The notes: generated by a model from the sequence alone, not told the origin. DNA of 64,000 nucleotides from an uncultured Oscillospiraceae bacterium (GCA_959601025.1 CAUGOD010000002.1:6173-70172), one strand, 5' to 3'. Numbered from the stretch's first letter, positions 27,902 through 37,440 are shown. Made by a program: numbers and translations.

Positions 27902-28478
27902 CCTTCGTACTCCTTCCTGTTCATCCCTTGAATAATATAAAGAGTTAAGCAAGCGGGAAGGACAGGGACGCGGCCCGTTCTCCCGTCCGGCGTCTCCGTT
28001 ATCCGCCCGACAGGATCCTTCCAGTGTCTTCAATATAGCACGAACGGAGAAAAGCGTCTTTGACAGATTGTGCGGTTCGGCGCTCCAAACATGCTTTTTT
28101 GGGGAATTAATTCAAAAATTATCCAATAAATTGATGGTCTGTTATTCAGCATTCCGCCTTTTTCGATTGTCCAAGGCGGAAAAGCGAGGCGATTTGCTCA
28201 AAGGACGCGCTGGCGGTGGGAGCCGCCAGACAGCCCGCCGAAATTTCCGGCATGGCCTCCCGCGCCCGCTGCAGTTGGGTGAGGTTGAGGGAAATGAGGG
28301 ATACCTGATCCGCTACCTCATACTCATCGATCCGCTCCCTGGGCTTTTCAATGATCGCCGCCTGACCGCTACAGCCTATATATAGCACGGATGGAGAGAA
28401 CCGTCTTTGCCAAAACATGCTGTTGTTTATGTAAATTAAGCGAAATATATGATACTTCTTGGCGAATCCTTTGATTTC

Positions 28479-29321
28479 TTATTCCGCATTCTGTTTTTTT
28501 CGATAGCCGGAGGCGGAAACCTGAAATTTCCGCTTAAACGCCCGAAAGAAGGCGGAATAGCTCTCAAAGCCGGAACGGTGGGCGATCTCCAGCAGGGGAA
28601 GGCGGGTTTCGTTCAGCAGCTTCTGCGCCCGTTCCAGCCGCAGGGAAAGAATATAGTCGGTCAGAGACAGTCCCACGGTTTCCTTAAACAGGGTAGAGAG
28701 ATAGCAGCGGTTGAGGTTCAACTGCTCCGCCAGCCCGGCGACCGAGAGGGGACCGGTGAAATTGGAGGCGATGAATTCCTTTGCCATGTGTACGTAGGCG
28801 TTTTCCGACCGGTACGCCGTCCGGTAATTTTTCTCCTCCGGCGCCGGCTGATAATACGCGCCCAGCAGCCGAAGGGAGCATTCCTCGCTTAGAAAGCCCA
28901 AAACCGGCGCGTCCAGCAGCTGCTCCCGCACCTGGCAGACCGTCCGGAGAAGGGGAACGTCTCCCAGCTCCGCCGTCCAGCGGCCCCCGGAGAAAACGGT
29001 CTTTTCCAGATAGCGCGGGACGTCCTGCCCCCGCAGGCCGAAATAGCAATAGGACCACGGCGTTTCCGGGTCCGCGCAGTAGACGACGGAGTCGCCCGGC
29101 CGGAGCAGGAAGCTCTTTCCCGCCGCCAGCCGCCGGACCGCGCCCTTCCGAGCGACCGTTCCGCAGCCGTCGAGGATGAAATGGAACAGGTAATAATCCC
29201 GCGCGGCCGGCCCGCAGCGCCAGCCCGGAGGGCACTGGTGCCAGCCGAGATGATCCAGATACAGCCTTCCCTCCTCCGGCGCGCGCAGGGGGAGAAATTC
29301 GTGAGCGGTGGGCGTTTTCAT
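28479..29321 (-). CDS. AraC family transcriptional regulator
   Basis: Start MKTPTAHEF with RBS AAGGGGG. C-terminal HTH (…NLNRCYLSTLFKETVGLSLTDYILSLRLERAQKLL…SGFESYSAFFRAFKRKF). Confidence 0.85.
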   Translation of the reverse strand: MKTPTAHEFLPLRAPEEGRLYLDHLGWHQCPPGWRCGPAARDYYLFHFILDGCGTVARKGAVRRLAAGKSFLLRPGDSVVYCADPETPWSYCYFGLRGQDVPRYLEKTVFSGGRWTAELGDVPLLRTVCQVREQLLDAPVLGFLSEECSLRLLGAYYQPAPEEKNYRTAYRSENAYVHMAKEFIASNFTGPLSVAGLAEQLNLNRCYLSTLFKETVGLSLTDYILSLRLERAQKLLNETRLPLLEIAHRSGFESYSAFFRAFKRKFQVSASGYRKKQNAE

Positions 29322-29596
29322 AAGGAGACCCCCTTACCGGCCGAAGCCGCGTCGGCCATGTGGTAGTTCCAGTATAGCGGAACGCCGGAGGATGTCAAAT
29401 ATTTTCTTTCTCAAGAGAATTCCCTGTAAAAAACTAACGAAACGCAATATTATGGCAACATCTGATGATGGAGGAAACGGGGCGGATGTGCTATGGTACA
29501 GGTGTCCGGCCGGTTCTGTACGCTCTGCCGCTCCGCTTTCAGGGATAGCAGATCCGGCCCGCTGTACGTCACATGGAATACAAGGATAAAGAAAGG

Positions 29597-31654
29597 ATGA
29601 AAATTACCGTGACCGCTATGACCGCAATGCCCGCATCGTTTGAAAAACCGGCCAACGGCCTGTACCGGCGCCGCTTCCCGGGCGAGGGCCCCCGGCTCCT
29701 GGACTATGCGCGGCCGCCGCGCTGGGAGGCGCTCGCCGCCCTGCCGGACGACGCCCTCCCCTTTGCGCTGGAGGAGATCGACATTTCCGTCGTCGGAAAC
29801 CGCACGGTGATCCGCGTCCCCTGTGAAGGGGATGAGATGCTCTTCGGGCTGGGGCTGCAGTTCAAGACCGTCAACCAGCGAGGGCGGGTGTTCCACCTGC
29901 GCACCGACCACTATACCGGGCTGGACAACGGCCGCGCCCATGCCCCCGCGCCGCTTTATATCGCGGAAAGCGGCTACGGGGTATTTCTGGACTGCGCCGA
30001 GGAGGTCTCGGTCTATGTCGGGACGGCCCAGCGGGCGGACGCCGCCCGCAAGGCCCCGGTCAAAAACCGGAACGCGGATAAAACCTGGGCGGCGGTCCCC
30101 GACAGCGGGTATGTGGAGATATCCTTCCCGGGGGACAGCGCCGATCTGTACCTGTTTACCGGGAAAAGGCCGCTGACCGCTGTCCAGCGGTACAATCTCC
30201 TGTGCGGCGGCGGCTGCCTGCCGCCCCGGTGGGGGTTGGGCTTCTGGCACCGCACCCATACCCTGTTCACAGCGGAGGACGCGCTGCGGGAAGCGGACGA
30301 GTTCGCCGCGCGGGATATCCCGCTGGACGTGCTCGGGCTGGAGCCGGGCTGGCAGAGCGCCGCCTACCCCTGCTCCTTCGTCTGGGACGAGGGCCGTTTC
30401 CCCGACCCGGCCGGCTTCCTGAAGGAGGCGGGGGAGCGCGGACTCCGGGTGAACCTGTGGACCCACGCCTACCTCTCTCCGGATTCGCCCCTTATGCCGG
30501 AGGTGGAGGACGGCTGTGGTTCCCACGAGGTCTGGTGCGGCCGTGTTCCCGACCTGTCCCTGCCCGCCGTGCGGGACGCGTACCGGGAATTCTTCCGGAA
30601 AACCCATGTCGCCCCGGGCGCGGCAGGGTATAAGCTGGACGAATGCGACGGCTTCGATTTTTATCTCTGGCCGGATCATGCCACTTTTCCGTCCGGGCTT
30701 TCGGGCGTGCAGATGCGCCAGCTTTACGCCCTGATGCTGGAAAGCCTGACGGATGAGCTGTTCCGGGAGGAAAACCGGCGAACCTATGGGCTGATCCGCG
30801 CCTCCAACGCCGGTTCCTCCGCCTATCCGTATGTGATTTACAGCGACTGCTACGACTTCCGGGAATTCCTTACCGCCCTGACCAACGCCTCCTTTATTGG
30901 GCAGCTCTGGGTTCCGGAGGTGCGCTCCGCGGATTCGGCGGAGGAATGGGTACGGCGCTTCCAGCTGGTCTGCCTGTCCCCGCTGGCGATGCTGAACGCG
31001 TGGTTCTCCTCCCTCAAGCCCTGGTCCTTCCCGGAGGTGACCGGCTGTGTCCGGGACGCGCTCCTTTTGCGGAAGGCGCTGGTCCCATACCTTTACGCCG
31101 CGTTTTATCGCTATTACTCCGAAGGGGTGCCGCCGGTGCGCTCCCTGCACCTGGATTTTGCCCTGCACGACGCGGGCAGCCGGCTTCGCGCGGGAGCGGA
31201 AGGGGATGTGTTCTATCCCACCGACAGCCTGCACGCGATCGACGACCAGTTTATGCTGGGGGACTGTCTGCTGGCCGCCCCGATGTTCCCAGGGACCTCT
31301 TCCCGGCGGGTGGCGCTGCCGGCCGGCCGGTGGTACGATTTCTATACCGGCGGCTATGCCGGCGGCGACGAGGTGATTACCGTCGAAGCCCCTTTGGAAA
31401 AGATTCCGCTTTTCGTGCGGGACGGCGGCGTCCTTCCCCTGCTGGAGGGGGAGAAGCTGGAGGTTCGGTATTACGGCCGGGCGGACGGCGCGATCGACCT
31501 GCTCTGCGACAACGACGAGACGTTTGACCTGGAAAAAGGCGCTTACCGGAAAATCCGCCTGACGGTGGAAAACGGGCAGCTGCGGGAGGAATGCCTCCAC
31601 GACGGCTACCCGGATACCCTTCCCCCGCGCGTTTTCCGCCCGATGGGGAAATAA
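29597..31654 (+). CDS. glycoside hydrolase family 31 (alpha-glucosidase/alpha-xylosidase type)
   Basis: GH31 motifs (…GLGFWHRTH…, WTHAYL, KLDECDGFD nucleophile-region pattern, …LWVPEV…). Start MKITVTAM is more plausible than the upstream ATG at 29573. The 29450..31789(-) ORF is its antisense. Confidence 0.85.
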   Translation: MKITVTAMTAMPASFEKPANGLYRRRFPGEGPRLLDYARPPRWEALAALPDDALPFALEEIDISVVGNRTVIRVPCEGDEMLFGLGLQFKTVNQRGRVFHLRTDHYTGLDNGRAHAPAPLYIAESGYGVFLDCAEEVSVYVGTAQRADAARKAPVKNRNADKTWAAVPDSGYVEISFPGDSADLYLFTGKRPLTAVQRYNLLCGGGCLPPRWGLGFWHRTHTLFTAEDALREADEFAARDIPLDVLGLEPGWQSAAYPCSFVWDEGRFPDPAGFLKEAGERGLRVNLWTHAYLSPDSPLMPEVEDGCGSHEVWCGRVPDLSLPAVRDAYREFFRKTHVAPGAAGYKLDECDGFDFYLWPDHATFPSGLSGVQMRQLYALMLESLTDELFREENRRTYGLIRASNAGSSAYPYVIYSDCYDFREFLTALTNASFIGQLWVPEVRSADSAEEWVRRFQLVCLSPLAMLNAWFSSLKPWSFPEVTGCVRDALLLRKALVPYLYAAFYRYYSEGVPPVRSLHLDFALHDAGSRLRAGAEGDVFYPTDSLHAIDDQFMLGDCLLAAPMFPGTSSRRVALPAGRWYDFYTGGYAGGDEVITVEAPLEKIPLFVRDGGVLPLLEGEKLEVRYYGRADGAIDLLCDNDETFDLEKGAYRKIRLTVENGQLREECLHDGYPDTLPPRVFRPMGK

Positions 31655-31718
31655 GGGCAGGAAAAGCCAAACAAAAAAGCAGGAGGCGGCATCCATTCGG
31701 ATGCGGCCTCCTGCCTGT

Positions 31719-32447
31719 CTATACCGTTGCCGCCGGGGAAAGAAGCACGGCCGGGTCGAGCGGCAGCGTCCGTGCGCCCTCCTCCACACAGGCGAGGACC
31801 GGCAGACCGGTCAGCCGTTCGATCATCCGCCGGTTGTCCTCGTGCATCGTGTCGCCGGGTCGAAAGCCGTTCAGGAAAAAGCCCACGGTTCGGAAGCCGT
31901 TTGCGCGGGCGTATTCCGCCGTCAGCACCGCCGCGTTGATGCTCCCCAGCCCGGAGGGGGCGACGATCAGGAGGGGGAAGCCGGTCAGGCGGATCACGTC
32001 GGCCAGCATCAGGAGCGCGTCCCCGTCCCGCAGGGGGCAGACGATCCCGCCGCTCCCCTCGGCCGCGACAAAGGGAAAGCGGGCCGCCGCCCGGCGGAAG
32101 GCGGCCTCCACCACGGCAAGCTCGACGGGCCGCCCCTCCAGCCGGGCGGCCAGATGGGGGGAGAGGGCTTCCCGGTAGATGTACGGCACGAATTCCGCCG
32201 GGTCGCCCGGAATACCCGCCGTGCGGTACACCTCCGCCGCGTCGCCGGGGATCAGCCGGCCGGAGCCGTCGTCCGCCGGTTCCGCCCCGCTGAGGGCGGC
32301 CTTAAAATAGCCCGCGTCGATCCCCTGCTCCCGCAGCCGCTTGACCAGCAGGGCGGTCACGTAGGTTTTCCCCACGTCGGTGCCGGTGCCGGTTACAAAA
32401 CCCCCCCGCGGCTGAGGGGAAAAGGCATTTTCGTTCATTTCGTGCAT
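31719..32447 (-). CDS. bioD: dethiobiotin synthase
   Basis: P-loop GFVTGTGTDVGKTYVTALL and overall BioD pattern. Start MHEMNENAF; its start overlaps the bioB stop by ~13 nt. The track ORF is N-terminally over-extended. Confidence 0.85.
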   Translation of the reverse strand: MHEMNENAFSPQPRGGFVTGTGTDVGKTYVTALLVKRLREQGIDAGYFKAALSGAEPADDGSGRLIPGDAAEVYRTAGIPGDPAEFVPYIYREALSPHLAARLEGRPVELAVVEAAFRRAAARFPFVAAEGSGGIVCPLRDGDALLMLADVIRLTGFPLLIVAPSGLGSINAAVLTAEYARANGFRTVGFFLNGFRPGDTMHEDNRRMIERLTGLPVLACVEEGARTLPLDPAVLLSPAATV

Positions 32448-33433
32448 ACCTTGCTCCCCTCGTCCGCCTCGGCTACCTCGAAGCCCAGCTCCCGCACCAT
32501 GGCTTTGTCCTCGTCGATCCCGACGCCGGCGGTGGTGAGCATATCCCCGGTGATGGCGGCGTTCGCTCCCGCGCGGAACACCCGCCGCCCCCGGTCGGGG
32601 AGCAGGCCCCGACCGCCCGCAAGGCGGATTTCCGCTTCCGGCAGAAGGAAGCGGAAAACGGCGGCGGCCCGGCAAACCTCCTCCTCGGAAAGGATGGGCC
32701 GTCCGGCGAGCGGGGTGCCGGGGATGGGATTCAGCACATTGAGCGGAACCGAGCGGATGCCCAGTTCCCGCAGCTCCAGCGCCAGGTCCACCCGGTCCTC
32801 CTCTGTTTCCCCCAGCCCGAGGATGCCGCCGCTGCATACCCGCAGCCCGGCCCGCTGCGCGTCCCGGATGGTACGGAGCTTATCATCGTAGGTGTGGGTG
32901 GTGCAGATGGAGGGAAAAAAGCGGCGGGAGGTCTCTAGGTTATTGTGGTACCGGGTGACGCCGGCTTCTTTCAGGGCGCGGAGCTGTTCGTAGGTCAGCA
33001 GGCCATGGGAGGCGCAGAGCGCGATGCCGCCCGCGTCCCGCATCCGGCGGTAGCTTTCGCACAGCGTGGCGGTTTCCCCGTCGCTCAGGCGGCGGCCGGA
33101 GGTGACCACCGAATACCGCAGAACCCCTTTGCGGGCGTTGTATGCCGCGCCCTCCAGCAGCTGGTCCCCGTCCAGCAGGGGATAGCTTTCCACCCCGGCG
33201 GGGTAATGACAGGACTGGGCGCAGTACCGGCAATCCTCCGTACACCGACCGCTTTTGCCGTTGACGATGGTGCACAGGTCGAAGCGGTTCCCGCAGAAGC
33301 GCGCCCGCAGCTCGTCCGCCGCCGAGAAAAGCGCGTCCGGTTCTCCCGTCCGCAGCAGGGCGAGCGCATCGTCCCGGGTCAGGGATTCCCCGTCCAGCAC
33401 CTTGTTTTTACAGGCCGTGATCGTATTCGTCAT
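32435..33433 (-). CDS. bioB: biotin synthase (radical SAM)
   Basis: CxxxCxxC radical-SAM motif (CTEDCRYCAQS) and BioB-like C-terminal half. Start MTNTITACKNK with RBS AAGGGAG. Confidence 0.9.
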   Translation of the reverse strand: MTNTITACKNKVLDGESLTRDDALALLRTGEPDALFSAADELRARFCGNRFDLCTIVNGKSGRCTEDCRYCAQSCHYPAGVESYPLLDGDQLLEGAAYNARKGVLRYSVVTSGRRLSDGETATLCESYRRMRDAGGIALCASHGLLTYEQLRALKEAGVTRYHNNLETSRRFFPSICTTHTYDDKLRTIRDAQRAGLRVCSGGILGLGETEEDRVDLALELRELGIRSVPLNVLNPIPGTPLAGRPILSEEEVCRAAAVFRFLLPEAEIRLAGGRGLLPDRGRRVFRAGANAAITGDMLTTAGVGIDEDKAMVRELGFEVAEADEGSKVCTK

Positions 33434-33461
33434 AGCGTTTTCTCCCTTTCCGCGTGGGTGT

Positions 33462-34049
33462 TCAGCCGAGATACCGGCCGATTTTCGCCCGGTCCAGCTG
33501 GCGGCCGGCCAGCGCGGCCACCGCGCAGAGCAGGAGGTCGCCCGGCATATCCAGCGGGAAGCAGGACAGCAGGATGATCCACAGGGAGGCGGGCGTGCCA
33601 AGATAGAAGTTCAGGATACAGTATTTATACGCGATCCCGATTGCATAGGTCACGACAAAGCCGCCGAGGGCCGCCAGAAAAAAGGAAAGCCAGGTTGATT
33701 TCCGCATCCGGCGGCGGAGGACGCCGGTGACGAAAGCGGCGGCAATGAAACCGAGCAGGTAGCCGAAGCTGGGACGGACGACATACCCGATCCCGCCGCC
33801 CGCGGCGAAGATCGGCGCCCCGACCAGCCCCAGCGCGACATAGACCGCGACCGACAGCGCGCCCAGCTTCGGGCCGAGCAGTATCCCCGCGAGCACCACG
33901 AAGAAAAACTGCAGGGTAAAATAATCCATAAAGGGTACCGGAATCTGGATGAACGCGCCCACCGCCACCAGCGCGGTGAACAGGGCGCAGAGCGCGAGAT
34001 GGACGGTGGAAAGCCGTCGGCTGGATTTTTTAACAGCGTTGTTTTCCAT
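33462..34049 (-). CDS. bioY: biotin transporter, ECF-type S component
   Basis: 195-aa polytopic membrane protein. BioY-like (…FIQIPVPFMDYFTLQ…GYLLGF…). Confidence 0.85.
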   Translation of the reverse strand: MENNAVKKSSRRLSTVHLALCALFTALVAVGAFIQIPVPFMDYFTLQFFFVVLAGILLGPKLGALSVAVYVALGLVGAPIFAAGGGIGYVVRPSFGYLLGFIAAAFVTGVLRRRMRKSTWLSFFLAALGGFVVTYAIGIAYKYCILNFYLGTPASLWIILLSCFPLDMPGDLLLCAVAALAGRQLDRAKIGRYLG

Positions 34050-34091
34050 AACGAAGCGTTCCTTTCTATTGAGCTTTCCGAGGACGGGCCG

Positions 34092-35057
34092 TCACAGGGC
34101 GGAACCGACGACCGAGACCTCCCCGGCCTTCAGGACGATCCGCCCGCCGCCGGTTTCCACCAGCAGACGGCCCTCGTCGTCGATCGCCGCGGCCCGGCCG
34201 CGCCGCAGCGCGTCCCCCTGCCGGAAGGCGATCTCTTTTCCGAGGATCAGGGAGCGGGCGCGGTATTCCTCCATCAGGGCGGGGGAGGACAGATTCTCCG
34301 CCAGCCGGAAAAGCTCCGCGGCGATGCGGGCGGCCAGCTCGTTGCGGGTGATCTGTCCCGGCTGCAGGGAGCCGGCGACGCCGGCCAGCTCATCGGGGAA
34401 ATCCGTCGTCCGGAGGTTGACGCCGATGCCCACGATCACCGCCTCCGCCATCCCGCTTTCAAAATCGCTGATCGCTTCGGTGAGAATGCCGCTGATCTTC
34501 CGCCCATCCAGAAACAGGTCGTTTACCCACTTGATCTCCGGGCGCTTGCCGGTCAGCGCTTCCGCCGCGCGGCAGACGGCCACCGCCGCCGCCACGGTTA
34601 CCGGCAGCGCGTCCTGCAGGGTGCTGTCCGGACGCAGCAGGACGCTCATATACAGGCCGGTCCCCGCGGGGGAGTAAAAGCTCCGGCCCCGGCGGCCCCG
34701 TCCGGCGGTCTGCTTCTCCGCCAGCACCAGCGTGCGGTGGGGCGCTCCCTCGGCCGCCAGCCGTTTAGCGGCGGAATTGGTGGAATCCACCGTTTGCAGC
34801 ACCGTGACCGGGCTGTCCCGGTATTTCTCCGGCAGGTAGAGCGCCACTCCCTGCGCCGAGAGTACGTCGGTATCCGGCGCCAGCCGGTATCCCCGGTTCC
34901 GCACCGCCTCGATGCGGTAGCCGTCCTCCTGCAGGCTGCGGACCGCTTTCCATACCGCCGCGCGGGTAATATGCAGCGTGTCGGCCAGTTCCTGGCCCGA
35001 AACCGCCCGGTCCCGGTTTTCCTCCAGTACCCGGATCAATACGTCCTTTGTCGACAT
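34092..35057 (-). CDS. birA: bifunctional biotin--[acetyl-CoA-carboxylase] ligase / biotin operon repressor
   Basis: N-terminal wHTH (…LEENRDRAVSGQELADTLHITRAAVWKAV…) plus BPL catalytic domain (…GRGRRGRSFYSPAGTGLYMSVLL…KWVNDL…). Confidence 0.85.
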   Translation of the reverse strand: MSTKDVLIRVLEENRDRAVSGQELADTLHITRAAVWKAVRSLQEDGYRIEAVRNRGYRLAPDTDVLSAQGVALYLPEKYRDSPVTVLQTVDSTNSAAKRLAAEGAPHRTLVLAEKQTAGRGRRGRSFYSPAGTGLYMSVLLRPDSTLQDALPVTVAAAVAVCRAAEALTGKRPEIKWVNDLFLDGRKISGILTEAISDFESGMAEAVIVGIGVNLRTTDFPDELAGVAGSLQPGQITRNELAARIAAELFRLAENLSSPALMEEYRARSLILGKEIAFRQGDALRRGRAAAIDDEGRLLVETGGGRIVLKAGEVSVVGSAL

Positions 35058-35101
35058 GCCCGCGCCCCCTTTCCGGGAAAGTATACCACCTTTCCACTTA
35101 T

Positions 35102-35133
35102 TTGTAAACCATTTTTAAAAATCAAGTTTACAA
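35102..35133. promoter_or_regulatory. BirA operator (bio box) upstream of birA
   Basis: TTGTAAACC-N14-AGTTTACAA inverted repeat, matching the canonical Firmicutes BirA site TTGTAAACC…GGTTTACAA. Lies ~45 bp upstream of the birA start. Confidence 0.6.
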
Positions 35134-35238
35134 TAAGGCGGAACGGCGGATTTCCAACCGATGCAGCGGCATATTTTTCTGCAAAAAAAGCGACATGGAA
35201 ACCTCCATGCCGCTCAGCTTCTATATGGTTTACGTTCG

Positions 35239-35670
35239 TTACATCGCGTAAATGCGGTCGCTGTCCAGAATTTCTATCCCGTTTTTCCGCAGGACCTCGA
35301 TCGCCGCGTCATTGTTCTCCACCCGGAGGATGACGCAGGCGCGCCCCTCGTCCCGGGAGATAAAGGCGTACATGTACTCCACGTCGATCGCCGCGTTGGC
35401 CAGCGCCTTCATCGCGACGGCGAATCCGCCGGGCTGGTCGGGAATGCCGACGGCAATCACGTTGGTCAGGGAAACGGTCAGGCCGGCGGCCTTTAGCGCG
35501 GCTTCCGCTTCATCGGGCTTATTTACGATCAGGCGGAGGATGCCAAAATCCGTGGTGTCCGCAATAGACAGGGCGCGGATGTCGATCCCCGCGGCGGCGA
35601 TCACAGCGGTGATTTCCGCCAGCCGGCCGGATTTATTTTCCACAAAAATGGAGATTTGCTTAATGGACAT
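35239..35670 (-). CDS. ACT domain-containing protein (two ACT modules)
   Basis: 143 aa: MSIKQISIFVENKSGRLAEITAVIAAAGIDIRALSIADTTDFGILRLIV… ACT fold signature. RBS GGGAGG. Confidence 0.75.
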   Translation of the reverse strand: MSIKQISIFVENKSGRLAEITAVIAAAGIDIRALSIADTTDFGILRLIVNKPDEAEAALKAAGLTVSLTNVIAVGIPDQPGGFAVAMKALANAAIDVEYMYAFISRDEGRACVILRVENNDAAIEVLRKNGIEILDSDRIYAM

Positions 35671-35821
35671 ACAAAAAGCCTCCCTTTGTCAGTTTTTTAT
35701 TTTTCCGGGCGGCGCTCCGGCGCAGCAGAAGATTCTGTGCGTAAAGCGCGGCTTTTCCAGACATACTAAAACGATGCAGCCGGCCGTCCCGCTGAAACGC
35801 GGGAGACGACGCGGGGGCCAA

Positions 35822-36010
35822 GCGCCGCCTGGCCTGCTTCTCTGCCAGCGCTCTCCGGCGGCGCTTTTGAGAAATGCTGTCGCATTTCTCCGAAACGTCT
35901 GCATACCGTAACGCCGCCTGGCCGGGTTCTCTGCCAACGCTTTCCGGCGGCGCTTTTGAGAAATACCTGCCGGTATTTCTCCTTGCTGTCATTATATCAT
36001 AGCGCCGCGG
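35822..36010. repeat. intergenic palindromic repeat array (two ~90-bp units) upstream of the ADH gene
   Basis: Each unit has AGCGCCGCC…CCGGGTTCTCTGCC…TTTCCGGCGGCGCT (outer inverted repeat) followed by the perfect palindrome GAGAAATGCTGTCGCATTTCTC / GAGAAATACCTGCCGGTATTTCTC, then CATTATAYCATAGCGCCGC. Confidence 0.7.
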
Positions 36011-36041
36011 GGCGGACAAGAGGGAGATTGAACGCCCCGGA

Positions 36042-37148
36042 CTATTTCACGAAAAGAGAGCGGAACAGCGCGGCGGCGTTATCCGGTGTGAAGCCGCCGG
36101 GGGTGCGGGTGAAATTTTTCAGTCCTTCCCAGCGTTCGGCATACCCGGCGATCTGTTCCTCCGTCATGGTCACGTCGTACCGGATCAGCGCGTCCAGCGA
36201 GGCGAACAGACGATCCCGGCCGCCGCAGAGAGCGAAAAGCCGCTCCGCCCGGTCGGGGGCGTATTTCTCCGCCCGGCGGAGAAGGGCGGGCAGGAAGGCC
36301 GCGCAGGCCATCCCATGGGGAACGCCGTATTCCTCTGTAAGAATGTAACCCAGCGGATGGGGAAAGGCCGTGCCGCAGGCGTTGAGTACCATCCCGGCCC
36401 AAAGGGAGCCGTAGTACAGCCTCTCCCGCATCCCGGCGCCGGGGAGTCCGTCGTTTTCCGCCAGCCAGTGCAGGCCGCCTGAGACCATGGTCAGCGCCCG
36501 CTCCCCAAAGGCGGCGCTTACGTCGCCGCAGCCGGGGGAAAGCCAGCCCTCCGCCACATGGGAGAAAGCGTCCAGCGCGGTGGAAACCGTGGTTTCCCGG
36601 GAAGAGGAGTGGGTATAGCGGGGATCGGCGAACACATACCGGGCATAGCACTGCGGGTGGGTGACGCTCTTCTTGCGTTTCTCCCGGTCCAGCGTGAGGA
36701 CGGCGACCGCGCTTACCTCGCTGCCGGTGCCGGCGGTGGTTCCCACCAGCGCCAGGGGAAGGGAGGGACGGCGGAGCTGTCCCGCCATCAGCTCATAGCC
36801 CTTGGTGGCATTGTTGCCGGCGAGCCAGGCGGCCGCCTTGGCCGCGTCCATCACGGAGCCGCCGCCGATGCCGACGATAAACTCGGATCGGCAGGTTTCC
36901 GCCGTGAAGGCCGCGGCCTGGCACTGGGAAAGCAGCGGATTGGCGCTGACACCGGGAAAAACCGTCGCGTCTACGCCGGCGGCTTCCAGCGTGTTCAGCA
37001 TATCGTCCAGCGCGCCGCTCTCTTTGGCGGCATGGGCGCCGGTGATCACCAGGCAGCGCCGCCCCAGCCCCCGCAGCCGGGAGCCCTCCTTTTTGACGCA
37101 GCCCTCGCCGCTGAAAGCCTGTACCGGCATGTGGAATGTAAAATCCAT
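36042..37148 (-). CDS. iron-containing alcohol dehydrogenase family protein
   Basis: 368 aa; GGGS-type nucleotide-binding motif (VGIGGGSVMDAAKA) and Fe-ADH-like His cluster region. RBS AGGAAGGA. Confidence 0.85.
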   Translation of the reverse strand: MDFTFHMPVQAFSGEGCVKKEGSRLRGLGRRCLVITGAHAAKESGALDDMLNTLEAAGVDATVFPGVSANPLLSQCQAAAFTAETCRSEFIVGIGGGSVMDAAKAAAWLAGNNATKGYELMAGQLRRPSLPLALVGTTAGTGSEVSAVAVLTLDREKRKKSVTHPQCYARYVFADPRYTHSSSRETTVSTALDAFSHVAEGWLSPGCGDVSAAFGERALTMVSGGLHWLAENDGLPGAGMRERLYYGSLWAGMVLNACGTAFPHPLGYILTEEYGVPHGMACAAFLPALLRRAEKYAPDRAERLFALCGGRDRLFASLDALIRYDVTMTEEQIAGYAERWEGLKNFTRTPGGFTPDNAAALFRSLFVK

Positions 37149-37309
37149 CTGTTTTCATCCTTCCTGACGGGGAGAAACAGCAAAGCACGGCAAAGGAAGC
37201 CGATTCCTGACACAGGAAGCCACTTCCCGGAACAGGAAGCCACTTCCCCCCTTGTTTTTTAAAAAGAAATAGTCTATATTATTAACGTTGTTCTGGATCC
37301 TGTGCCGGT

Positions 37310-37440
37310 CGTTTGCTTGCGGCGCAATTGAGAAATACCGATCGGTATTTCTCCCAACCGACATTATACCATAGCGCCGCCCAACCGGGTTCTCTGCCGG
37401 CGTTTTCCGGCGGCGCCTAACGACATTATACCATAAAGAT
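37310..37440. repeat. third copy of the palindromic repeat family, on the other side of the ADH gene
   Basis: GCGGCGCAATTGAGAAATACCGATCGGTATTTCTCCCAACCGACATTATACCATAGCGCCGCCCAACCGGGTTCTCTGCCGGCGTTTTCCGGCGGCGCC…ACATTATACCATAAAG. Same modules as 35822..36010. Confidence 0.7.

Noticed and set aside
25367-27931. 854-aa (+) ORF with internally repeated sequence
   Set aside because: Antisense of the multi-CBM surface protein gene. Its internal repetition just mirrors the real intragenic duplication. The minus-strand product has a signal peptide, RBS and recognisable modules.
28146-28418. 90-aa (-) and 105-aa (+) ORFs in the AraC/surface-protein intergenic region
   Set aside because: No RBS or recognisable family. 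They overlap the direct repeats. More likely non-coding regulatory DNA.
29450-31789. 779-aa (-) ORF
   Set aside because: Antisense to the GH31 gene, which has unmistakable family motifs on the plus strand.
35822-37440. Possible CRISPR array from the GAGAAAT…ATTTCTC repeats
   Set aside because: Only 2-3 copies. The 'spacers' are themselves conserved between copies. No cas genes. Repeat centres vary, unlike CRISPR repeats.
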